Part shown: piece by piece, positions 56,001-64,000 of the stretch
Numbering within the stretch: position 1 is the first letter of the stretch
How the letters are laid out: every line of letters begins with the position of its first letter
Translations under genes and position numbers: made by a program
Notes under the pieces: generated by a model
What the model was told of the DNA's origin: nothing
Database searches by the model: none
The model's input: only the letters and a program-made list of their open reading frames with translations
From: Cyanidioschyzon merolae
Taxonomy: Eukaryota
Length of the DNA: 64,000 nt
Reading direction: 5' to 3' (one strand)
Assembly (NCBI GenBank): GCA_000091205.1
Contig: AP006501.2

Positions 56001-57825
56001 CGGCGCGTTCATGTCGTGAGGTGCTATCCAGGTTCGTCAAGAGCTGGGTCGGGGCTAGACTCTCGTGCGGCTGCGATACAGCCGTCCGCTGCTCTGGCAA
56101 ACGCGCTGTCGGCACTGGCCCTGAAGAACAGGCGATCGCGGGAGCCAGCGAATCCGCAACATCGCGTGCCAGTGCGGTCGAGGTTGCGCGAGATGACGCA
56201 TCCGGAACCTGTTGCGTCGTGCCCGAGAGCACGGAATCCCGGGAATGCTGCGCTTCACTGGCGTACTGGTCACTTTCGGAGCGAGTGGGATCTCCAGTGT
56301 CCATCAGGAGGCTATCTTGCCTCTGGACGACTCCATCCTTCAGAGGCAACGCTTTCGAGTCGTTCGCATATTCGAGCTGCGTCTCTTGCTTGTGCGGCGT
56401 GTGTTTTGAAGCATCCTCGCACTCACGGGCCGAGTCTGCCGAAGCGGATACAGTCGCTGTTTCGCCGACCATGCGCGTACGCTGCACCGTCCCATTAGAC
56501 GCATCTCCATCTGATGATGCACTCGAATAGCGTCCACGATGTTCTCGTGAATCTGTTCTCGAGGACTGCAAGCCATTGGGAGATCCATGTTCAAGACTAG
56601 TCGACGCGGCAGGGGATCTGCTGCTCCCGCGCCAGAGACGCCACCATCTCGACAATGACATCTGGAGTCGTCCGAGCCACCCGTGCGCACCTCGAATCCT
56701 GAGCATAGCTCCAAGCGTCAAGTCTTCCCGTGAATTTGCGCAAAGCTCCTGTGCCTCCATCGAGCTCAGGGCTCGCGCGATGGCCCGGGTTTCGACGGCC
56801 ACTGCCCTGCTGGATTGCTTCCGTACGCCACCGTCGTGCTGTTTCGGTTTCGTCGCTCGCTGTACAGCTCTTGTGGTGCCTTTTTTACCAGGCACACTGT
56901 CCCGATTCATAACATGAGCTGTTCCTGTTCGCCTCTGTACGGGATGCGAGCGTCTGCCTGTCTGGCGTCCATGGACAACACCCGTCCCGGTCGTGGTCTG
57001 GTCATGCGCCTCGCGCACTGCATACAAGTGAGAATGTTCGTCCGATGAGGAGACGCTCCGCTGAGGCGATGCCTCCTCCTGATGATGACGCTCCCGCGGC
57101 AACGACTCCATTCCGGACGGCAAGTGCACGGACGCTGTGGCGCTGGGCACGCTCGAGCGCCCGCGTGGCGCTCGCTGCTGTGAGCCCCTGCCCGGAGACT
57201 CCGACTCGAGCGCACCTTGATTCGATGAACTCTGGACATATGTCGCTATATGATCGCTAGACTGGCGTTGTGCACTTGTGGAAACCGTTGATCGAGGCGT
57301 CTGCTCCGTCGCTCGGCAAGCAAGGGCAGCAGCTCTGCGCACCTGAGACCGCGTGAGTGGGCCATTCTCGTTCGAAAAGCTCGCTGTTGCACGCTTCTGA
57401 CCAGGAGCAAGTTCGTAGCCGGCCTCAACCGTCACACTTAGCCTTCGCACCGGGGTTTCGTGCTCGGGTCGCACGGGCGTGTCGGACGGAGTACCTGCGA
57501 GTCCTCCGTGTGGCTCCTGCACAGCTACTGGCGAACTCTCCGCTGACTGGTCTCTCCTTGAAAGGGTAGTGTCGCTACGCTCCCCAGCTGACTTTCTTCG
57601 AGCGGCTGATGTCTTGCGACTAGACTTCGTCTTCAAAGGCACGTCCGTCTCTACGGAGTGAGACGGCGTCCGCGTACTCGTCGACCTACTGGAACGCCGT
57701 CGGGGGGTCCGTCGTCGCGGGCTTGTCCTCCAACGGGCTTCGATGCGGGATCCTTCCGGCAAGTCATAGTTGCCGTGTCGCGTGCTTACCATACCAGCTG
57801 TCAGTGGACGCCTTGAGCGCACCAA
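53035..57825 (-). CDS. Hypothetical very large (1596 aa) intrinsically disordered Ser/Thr/Pro/Ala/Arg-rich protein. The N-terminus is RS-dipeptide-rich. The C-terminus is Pro/Ala-rich with sparse FG motifs.
   Basis: 4.8-kb uninterrupted ORF. Such length is very unlikely by chance even at this GC content. No globular domain recognised. A second frame (52704..54038) is also open over the 3-prime part because of compositional bias. Confidence 0.5.
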   Translation of the reverse strand: MVRSRRPLTAGMVSTRHGNYDLPEGSRIEARWRTSPRRRTPRRRSSRSTSTRTPSHSVETDVPLKTKSSRKTSAARRKSAGERSDTTLSRRDQSAESSPVAVQEPHGGLAGTPSDTPVRPEHETPVRRLSVTVEAGYELAPGQKRATASFSNENGPLTRSQVRRAAALACRATEQTPRSTVSTSAQRQSSDHIATYVQSSSNQGALESESPGRGSQQRAPRGRSSVPSATASVHLPSGMESLPRERHHQEEASPQRSVSSSDEHSHLYAVREAHDQTTTGTGVVHGRQTGRRSHPVQRRTGTAHVMNRDSVPGKKGTTRAVQRATKPKQHDGGVRKQSSRAVAVETRAIARALSSMEAQELCANSREDLTLGAMLRIRGAHGWLGRLQMSLSRWWRLWRGSSRSPAASTSLEHGSPNGLQSSRTDSREHRGRYSSASSDGDASNGTVQRTRMVGETATVSASADSARECEDASKHTPHKQETQLEYANDSKALPLKDGVVQRQDSLLMDTGDPTRSESDQYASEAQHSRDSVLSGTTQQVPDASSRATSTALARDVADSLAPAIACSSGPVPTARLPEQRTAVSQPHESLAPTQLLTNLDSTSRHERAAATTATHTESPTTRVYGAQPANDSRAPERSTRQASLVTSYDVIRTFRQRTETRSMGVAIQASKGGSPAQEQSLIRNLADLPPAPKIRPSALGIVPHRRIMDAPAATPTSTMYSVRPSGSDFRRLSPWTPTESDFVAGASRLEARFTQHSTERLSSSMLDTYRARSSSLHASLERQHYSTLCAHPESYQQEHLDPRLSTSLLGRELERSGMSAIDDRSDGWLRNRADVRHVKLPAVPLTTLPLRDVPHGRTRTSNATSAKRTSPIGVFEQSAGALPSGSLGSGSVPSQAHSVQNRSLDAVWTFDGSPALRMSAAKRRRSDANLIVTGTRSDRHQNGRDGQRARADIRKDGDGAGAPTSRLYQLIESLKRIRDQPERERDTCITPGKRTPAAATAASDVTSNRGFTIDHSTELDVALDRAAQTVAARNKRRTLSMDVSADDANISSSLTAEQDMHLRTPPLKADQHASAAAVDLAATGTHDTTAPTTRDAGAVSLPPTGDAEQQARSKSATVFGAAAGGARDMQLEAMRRIVPSKLGDDELQVQRTVSLPEHGEHAQQASPEAQLHADAAETTLSKGSSPDAPTLPTLPPRMRPLEIALPRIPEPWRPPSLSTAGSTQRTGYVPVDTTVQPSTVPVSSESASRQESTDSSVHIAPPNAAAPAPTASGSLDVAPSSSEIAKTSLAGFVQTELPHEHDEIAQCSGAPADPKPNTLASASPDDVPRMHAPPGSTGQEQQESASEMAMPQKAAYETKSAAETSAAPVSDGTASRKPNSTETQSIQTVDTAGAALGESPQKTPLQSQDTSGASQQVPATAAPAPKASISQGAFAIPAPARTFHFGPPAAGATDTTVAASASNAPPKPPAWLFSAPTASTNSEPFWFGSASQGTNGTSMWTTSSLSAPMQTPTVSAPAVSSLQSPWPASGAAAPLPASLPWPSLAPSDPAANGVPPPATPLLGAPGFAPTQALGDAHAPGTMAPRRMLKARRTRLP

Positions 57826-60456
57826 GGGCTTTCAAGGCGTACGCAATGGTCGAAAACGCTTCTACGAGGTTCGTGCTGATCGCGCCAAGCCTCTGAGATC
57901 CGCTTGGTCCAGACCCGTGCTGGATCCTAGTCGGACACTGAGCTGCTTGATCTGCGCTTGCCTAGAAACTTTTTCACGAGTTTTTATACATGTCCAGCGT
58001 TAACATTCTAAATGCAGTTGTAGGGGCCCAGGGATTCATAAACACTTTTGCGATTGCCCGTTCATCTTTTCGGAATGGCTCACTCGACGCCGTCTGCCCG
58101 GTGGAATTCGTTGCGTCACCGATATCAAGACCATTCAAGACGTCCTCGAACAAGGTTTCTTGATGTAACCGATATCGTTTTCCAACGCATACGTAGAAGC
58201 GTCAAATTCGTTTCTGTCAAGCTAGCCTGTTGACGTCGTGCGTTCTTCTAGTTTTCCACGTTTCTGTTTCGAGGCAACTCGTGGGCGCAGCTGTTCGCGC
58301 TCCTGAATTGACGAGAAAAAGACTTGACGTCGACCATTGATGAATTGTTCACGAGTTCACGCAGAAATTTTTCCCAAAATCTTCACGTCGAATAATCAAT
58401 TCCTTTCGAAAGAAAACCCCTTATCTTATCACGGCCATCGATGCAACCGCATTCCACAAAAGCACGATGCTGCTCACCTGGGATCGTACACCAGACGATC
58501 ATACCGCTTCGGATTGCATGGTAAATGGCCGCGGATTCGGACTCGAGTCATTGCAGTGATCGTCCGGATTGGACAGATGTCAATGCTTTGCACGAGGGAA
58601 GCGTAGATGGATCGTAATTTATCGATACGCTCCGTCTTCTCAATTCACCACTCTGTGCTTGTCTCATCACGAGTGATATAGCGGCGCTCAAATCTTCCTC
58701 TGTTCTGGAGAAAGGCAGATGACATGGGACTCGTTATCTTTTACATTCGAACGAATTCTCCACGGTTCAACCCGGTCGAGTAGTTCGGGGCCTTGAAAAA
58801 CAGCTCCCGAGAAGCAAATGTCGGATTTGGATATCTTGGATCTGCCTCGACACGAACTGGTACTCGAGACTTGTGGCGCCGCAGTGGCGGCCATCTGACT
58901 CGCAGGGGCTACTTGCGCAAAAATTGTTTCCCTATTCGGATAGGGGATTCTTGCAGGGGCCGTAAGAAACGGGAAGACCACACAGTCAAGAATAAATATG
59001 CTTTGCCTGTTGCTCATCGGAGGAACACGCCCGAAGCGCGCCAGGTATGGCAGAGAGACCATCATGCAAGTGCAAACCGATATCCTGGCGCGTTTCCAGT
59101 GTAGTTGCGTGCCGCTCCCGGAGAACCTCGCTATTCTCGGATGGAACGCCCTCCTGGAAGAAGGTCATCGCTTGGACATCGTCTCGGATGAGAAGCTCTG
59201 TTTAACGCTGTTGCACGACGCATCGATTGTAGAGAGAAACCCGAGAATACACATACACTTGCCGGAACGCAAAGCCCGCATCCCAAAAATACGCACTGCT
59301 CTGTAGCAAGCTGAACAACGAGGTTACTTCACGCGTAACCTCCTGCTCTTTCTGTGTATCGTTGAGCTTTGGAACCTGTATGCGATCATTCAATCTCTGC
59401 TGTTTGCTCTTTTTCCGAATACAAGAGCATCTGTGGCGCGCGTTGTCGCCAGATAAGGAATACGCAGCGGAAAGAGACCCCAGTCTGGCGAACAAGTACC
59501 GCAATTTGGATCCGTCTACGCTCCATTCATGCAAAGTTCTGAGGGAATCTCCAATGAAAACGATCGCCGTGGTGACTCAAGTCCCAGCCCAAAGCCGTTT
59601 CTAATGCAAACAACGACTACGGGAGCCAATGGGAACGTATCCCGTGCGAGGCAACACGCTGCTGTCGAATGCTCTTTCGCCGATGCCCACAAAGAGAGGC
59701 GGATGTGACTTGCGAACGAAGTCGATTCTTTGGTGTAACAAGTTTGGTGCAATTTTGGCATGAACTCGTGAGGAACTCGGCAATGGTCGGCACTGAGCTT
59801 CTTTCGCTCGTCAGAATGCCGGCCGGAATTGCTGCACCTGCCACTTGCCCCGAGACGAAAACAACGCATCTAGGAAGCATGCGTGATTGAAGCCTGCCTT
59901 CCGCAAGAAAACGAATCGAATGCCAATGCATACGCATTTGCGAATGATATCGCTTATGGTACGAACCGTTCTTCGAGCGCGTCACGCATCATGTTGATTC
60001 CAGTGAGGTACCGAATTCAAGTGTCATAGATTCAACGATGCCGTTTCGCAAAAACAACCGAGAACCTTTATACTACGTCTGCACCCGTAACCTCGTATTG
60101 TTGCCCTGTGCTTGTCGAGACTGGACGTCTGAAAAATGATCCGAAAATGAGTCATACGGCAGGGAGCGTATGAGCTGTTCCGTGGACCATTCGATTCGGA
60201 GAGCGCATTTACGCGGTGGATGCGGCAGCCGTGAGTCTTTGCCTTTTAGAACAATAGGAGCACAAGCGGACATGAGCCTGGGCGCAACGCCCCGAGCCGC
60301 CGCCTGCGGGATCCGCGGCGGCGGGAACGTCCGCTTTCGGAAAGCGCGGGAACACGGCGACCTCGAACGACGAAGCGGCTAGCGCGCACAGCCAGCACAC
60401 GACAAGCCGCACTGCATTGTTCCGCAAGTGCACACACTCCTACGACGTTCGGAAAT

Positions 60457-61680
60457 ATGACGGGGGCACTGCGGTATCGAGCACTGGCTCGAGTCATAGA
60501 ACGCTGTCTGGGCTCGCGTGCGCTCGGCGAGAGCGGCTCAGCAGCTGCAGTCAGCAACTATGTCTGGCAGCGCGAAGCATCACGGGGTTTCGTGTTAGGG
60601 ACGCGCCTGCTGCCGTGGTGCCCGCTAGGGTCGCGTTTACTGCACAGTCCATCACAGACAGCGTCAGTTATCAGGATGAATACCGGTTCGTTTGCACCTA
60701 AACCCGATTTGGGTGAACAACAACCAAACACTCTGACGGGGCAGCCACGTATCATGGTCGTTGGGGTTGGCGGCGCCGGTGGAAACGCAGTCAACAACAT
60801 GATCGCGTCTTCACTGCCCGGGGTCGAGTTCCTCGTCGCGAATACAGACGCACAAGCGCTGAAAATGAGCTTATGTCCTAACCGTATCCAGTTAGGTGCA
60901 AGCCTAACTGAGGGGCTCGGCGCGGGCGCTCGACCCGATATTGGACGAGCCGCAGCAGAGGAAGCGTATGAGACGCTCAAGCGAGAGTTCCGAGGCGTAC
61001 ACTTACTGTTCGTCACTGCCGGCATGGGTGGGGGCACCGGCACTGGCGCTGCGCCCATCATTGCACGAGCAGCCGCAGAGCTCGGTTGCCTGACGGTTGC
61101 CGTCGTCACGAAACCGTTCCATTTTGAGGGCATGATCCGAATGAAAACAGCCGAGCAAGGCATCGTCGAGCTCACAGAACATGTCGATACGATGCTGGTC
61201 ATCCCGAACCAGAATCTCTTCAAAGTCGCCTCGCCGCGCACTAGCTTCCTGGATGCATTCCGCCTCGCCGATCACGTGCTCTACTCTGGTGTTCGTTCGA
61301 TTACAGACCTGATGACGGTACCAGGCCTGATCAATTTGGATTTCGCTGATGTTCGCAGTGTTGTTAGGGAAATGGGACGAGCCATGATGGGATCCGGTGA
61401 GGTCGAGATGGAGGCCGGCAACGAAGAACGCGCCATTCGCGCGAGTGAAGCGGCTATCTGTAACCCGCTGCTCGACGAGACCTCCTTACGCGGCGCTCGC
61501 GGGGTGCTTGTGAACATTACCGGTGGTACGGACATGACGCTTTTTGAGATAGATGCTGCAGCGAATCGAATTCGAGAACAGGTCGATCCCGATGCGAACA
61601 TTATTTTCGGATCGGCTTTCGATGCTTCGATGCAGGGGAGGCTTCGCGTCAGTGTTCTCGCGACCGGCATTCCATCCTGA
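60457..61680 (+). CDS. ftsZ: FtsZ, alpha-proteobacterial/mitochondrial type, with a ~95-aa N-terminal presequence.
   Basis: Tubulin/FtsZ GTPase motifs [33 protein letters not shown]...[14 protein letters not shown] matches the alpha-proteobacterial/mt-FtsZ pattern (plastid FtsZ has ...NTDIQAL / GVEFW). The Arg/Ser/Leu-rich N-terminal extension is compatible with mitochondrial targeting. Confidence 0.88.
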   Translation: MTGALRYRALARVIERCLGSRALGESGSAAAVSNYVWQREASRGFVLGTRLLPWCPLGSRLLHSPSQTASVIRMNTGSFAPKPDLGEQQPNTLTGQPRIMVVGVGGAGGNAVNNMIASSLPGVEFLVANTDAQALKMSLCPNRIQLGASLTEGLGAGARPDIGRAAAEEAYETLKREFRGVHLLFVTAGMGGGTGTGAAPIIARAAAELGCLTVAVVTKPFHFEGMIRMKTAEQGIVELTEHVDTMLVIPNQNLFKVASPRTSFLDAFRLADHVLYSGVRSITDLMTVPGLINLDFADVRSVVREMGRAMMGSGEVEMEAGNEERAIRASEAAICNPLLDETSLRGARGVLVNITGGTDMTLFEIDAAANRIREQVDPDANIIFGSAFDASMQGRLRVSVLATGIPS

Positions 61681-62584
61681 TAGGGTGCAAATTTCGAACA
61701 GGCCGACGACTGCTGAACGCGCTCACTTTGGGAACGTGATTCAGATCGTGCGGCGCTGGCGGCAGCAGATGCTCGTCACCTGTCGATATTACCCGATGAC
61801 GTCATATAGCATGCCGAACAGGTGCGCGATGCGGCTGCCACGCCTTGTCGCCACCGGCGTCTGCTCTGGACTGCTATCTTGCGACTGTCCACAGGCATGT
61901 GTTGTTGCTCAGTGCATACGCATCCCGTTGTTCTGTATCCGGCGTGTCGGTGGCGCAATCGACGCTCATCAGGCGCAGCGCTGGCAACAGGTGGACTTGC
62001 GTGGGCCGCACCCAGTTGTTCGGACAAGTCGCAACATGTGCGCAAATCGAGCGGGCGACATGAAACACCCCCGATCTAGACATTGACCTGTGCATAGAGG
62101 GCAACTATGGCTTCAACCGTGTTCATAGCATTCATCGCATATCTTTGTTTTACCCAATTCACGTTGTGTTTCTCTAAATACTTCACGTATCGCCACAGCA
62201 CCTGCAGTTCTCCCGGAGCATGATCGATCCGACAGGCAAAACGGATGACACGTTTGAGCGGCACCCGCTGCGTCTGCGTCATCTTTGAAAACTATGTGCA
62301 ACGGGCTGGGTGCGCATTGACGCCCAGTTGAGTTCGGACGCGCCACAGCACCGCCGTTTCATCACCTCTACCGTGAAGGCGGCGTCACCGCTTTCAGCTG
62401 GCTATTTCGGTAACACAGTCGATCTTTATATGATACATACAGCGTCGCTAGCGCATACAATCGCCCGTAACGCTGCCCGTTGATGCAGCATGCGGGCACC
62501 ATGCTACCTCGGTCAGCTACGAGCGCGCTCGACTCAAGGAGTACGTGGCGCGCCCCGGACATTCGGCGCATCGATCCAAGCGCA

Positions 62585-64000
62585 TCAGAACCTGAACAAG
62601 GGTAGTGAACTATCCACTTCGTTCCAGTTCTTGCTCTCGAACAGATCCTGAACTGTGCGACGTTTGGGCTGGGGTTGGAAAACCTGCGCCGTCCACGTAC
62701 CGTGCAGTCCCATGGGAAGAAACGTTCGTAGGGGCACTTTGCAAACGAGCTTGAGATCCGAGGCATCAAGAATGACCAAGTATGTGCTCCGATGCAACCC
62801 GTCACTGACCACACTGAGTATGTAACCGTCATCTTCCGCTGATTCCTTATCAGGTTCGATCAAGCGGGGCGCAAAAACTGGTTCCCCAGCGAATTCGTAG
62901 ACCGATGGCGGTTGCCACGTAGCTAGCGTCTGGCCGGTGTCGGCGTCGACCTTGATGATGTTCTTGAGAGGGCCTGGCTCCGTGCCAAGTGCGCTTGCCC
63001 CCATGTACACATAGCGATACGGCTGCGTAAGGCGGCTCGGGTTCACCACCGGAAAGTCAACGTGCGTCGTATTCACCTCACGCCAGGTTGCGCGCTGCGT
63101 TCCGCTGCCGCTGCGAGTCGGTATGCGACAGCGCCAAAGGCTGCACTTGGGAACTTGGGTCCCAAAATCGACTGCCTCCACGACACGCTGCGTGCGCGAC
63201 AATCCGTTTCGATGGCGACGAGTCTCTCCCAGGAACAACCGATCCATTCGACAAGCGTCAAGAACAACAGCGTCGTCGTCGTCGTCGTCGTAGGCGTTCA
63301 CAAAATGGAACGCTGTGCAGGTCTCACTCAGAACCTCACGCACAGGTGCACCCGGGTCGTCGCGAGGTATCAGCAGCAAACGCGTCGGCATTCGATCCCC
63401 TTCCCAGGTAATACACTCTCCTGGACACTTGAGTCCGAGCACGAAAGGAAGCGGATGGAAGCGCAGTGGCGCCTGCAGCAAAATATAGTAACGCTGCGTG
63501 ATCATAAAATCGTGGAAGAAACCAAATCCATCAATGTCCACCGTTCGTTCCGAGCATAGCTTCCAATTCTCTGATGCGAATTCCAAAAACCGGATCCGTA
63601 ACCCATTCAAATGCATCCGAGAGGAGAACCCCACGAGGCGTCCCCGGCGAAGTGGATCGACGTGCGGGTGTGCGGTGAACATCGGCATGGGGCCGGTGAG
63701 CGTCCCCCCGAGCCTGAAGACGCCCTTCGTTTCGAGCGTATCAGGGCGCAGCTCATAGGGCAGGCCGCCTTCGTACAAGGCAAGCAACTGGTTCGCGTGG
63801 TAGATCACGTTTGTGTTGGCGAGATTCTTTTGCTCAAGGCGGAACGCGTTGGTCACGATTCCACCCGGCAGCGGTGTAGCAAAAGTGCCGCGGTAGAGCT
63901 GATAGCCGGCGCGACGCTCTTTTAAGTAGCCCTCTGTTCGAACAAAACGATTGCGGAACCATACTGTTCCGTCTCCGCGCAGCGTGAACGCTGCAACGGC
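62585..64000 (-). CDS. Carotenoid cleavage dioxygenase (RPE65/CCD family), partial at its 5-prime end; it continues beyond the window edge. The ORF track starts it at a GTG at 63856, but the frame is open to 64000.
   Basis: Upstream in-frame translation GTVWFRNRFVRTEGY...AGYQLYRG...VTNAFRLEQKNLANTNVIYHANQLLALYEGGLPYEL is typical of the CCD N-terminal blades. Conserved His-containing blades follow (FTAHP, HDFMIT, FHFVNA) and a C-terminal propeller with acidic residues. An internal poly-Asp (DDDDDD) is encoded by (CGT)7 at 63271-63291. Confidence 0.8.
   Translation of the reverse strand, partial: AVAAFTLRGDGTVWFRNRFVRTEGYLKERRAGYQLYRGTFATPLPGGIVTNAFRLEQKNLANTNVIYHANQLLALYEGGLPYELRPDTLETKGVFRLGGTLTGPMPMFTAHPHVDPLRRGRLVGFSSRMHLNGLRIRFLEFASENWKLCSERTVDIDGFGFFHDFMITQRYYILLQAPLRFHPLPFVLGLKCPGECITWEGDRMPTRLLLIPRDDPGAPVREVLSETCTAFHFVNAYDDDDDDAVVLDACRMDRLFLGETRRHRNGLSRTQRVVEAVDFGTQVPKCSLWRCRIPTRSGSGTQRATWREVNTTHVDFPVVNPSRLTQPYRYVYMGASALGTEPGPLKNIIKVDADTGQTLATWQPPSVYEFAGEPVFAPRLIEPDKESAEDDGYILSVVSDGLHRSTYLVILDASDLKLVCKVPLRTFLPMGLHGTWTAQVFQPQPKRRTVQDLFESKNWNEVDSSLPLFRF

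Noticed and set aside
62076-62282. 68-aa minus-strand ORF (MTQTQRVPLKRVIRFACRIDHAPGELQVLWRYVKYLEKHNVNWVKQRYAMN...) between FtsZ and the CCD gene
   Set aside because: Composition looks protein-like and it could be a genuine small protein. I could not match it to any family, and it is too short to call without expression data.
62368-62832. 154-aa minus-strand ORF overlapping the 3-prime end of the carotenoid-cleavage dioxygenase
   Set aside because: Shadow ORF in another frame. The CCD frame carries the conserved motifs.

Overview
This window is a GC-rich (~58-60%), gene-dense piece of eukaryotic nuclear DNA, not a prokaryotic or viral locus. I call about 28 protein-coding genes on both strands. 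Almost all are single long ORFs with no introns. The one clear spliceosomal intron is a 245-bp GT-AG intron in the V-ATPase A gene.

Genes recognised from conserved motifs:
- tRNA adenosine deaminase (ADAT2/TadA-like)
- pyridoxal kinase
- M1 aminopeptidase N
- V-type ATPase catalytic subunit A (2 exons)
- Hsp110/Sse1-type Hsp70
- bacterial-type TsaD/Qri7 (mitochondrial t6A synthesis)
- GCK-III STE20-like Ser/Thr kinase
- Rab2
- MAD2 (HORMA domain)
- eIF-5A, with the hypusine loop
- fused RibD deaminase/reductase
- a DUF1294 small membrane protein
- an MPN(-) domain protein
- a Cgr1/CCDC86-like protein
- a VOC/glyoxalase-fold protein
- FACT subunit SPT16
- a mitochondrial carrier
- a 1596-aa Ser/Thr/Pro/Ala/Arg-rich disordered protein
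- an alpha-proteobacterial (mitochondrial) type FtsZ with a presequence
- an RPE65/carotenoid-cleavage dioxygenase, truncated at the window edge

A mitochondrial FtsZ alongside SPT16, MAD2 and Rab2 points to a non-opisthokont, non-land-plant protist or alga. A stramenopile or red-alga-like lineage is possible, but I cannot name the taxon from sequence alone.

Signals not explained by the genes:
- an 83-bp minisatellite (~5.2 copies) in a divergent promoter region
- a 103-bp tandem duplication upstream of the kinase
- a ~94-bp near-perfect palindrome, (GGT)n-CAGCTG-(ACC)n, that encodes Gly and Pro runs on both strands
- two diverged paralogous segments ~8 kb apart, with open frames conserved on both strands
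- several 2-3 kb stretches with no credible ORF
- a convergent gene pair whose stop codons are 1 nt apart

No rRNA, CRISPR array or transposon was recognisable. tRNAs could not be reliably called by eye.
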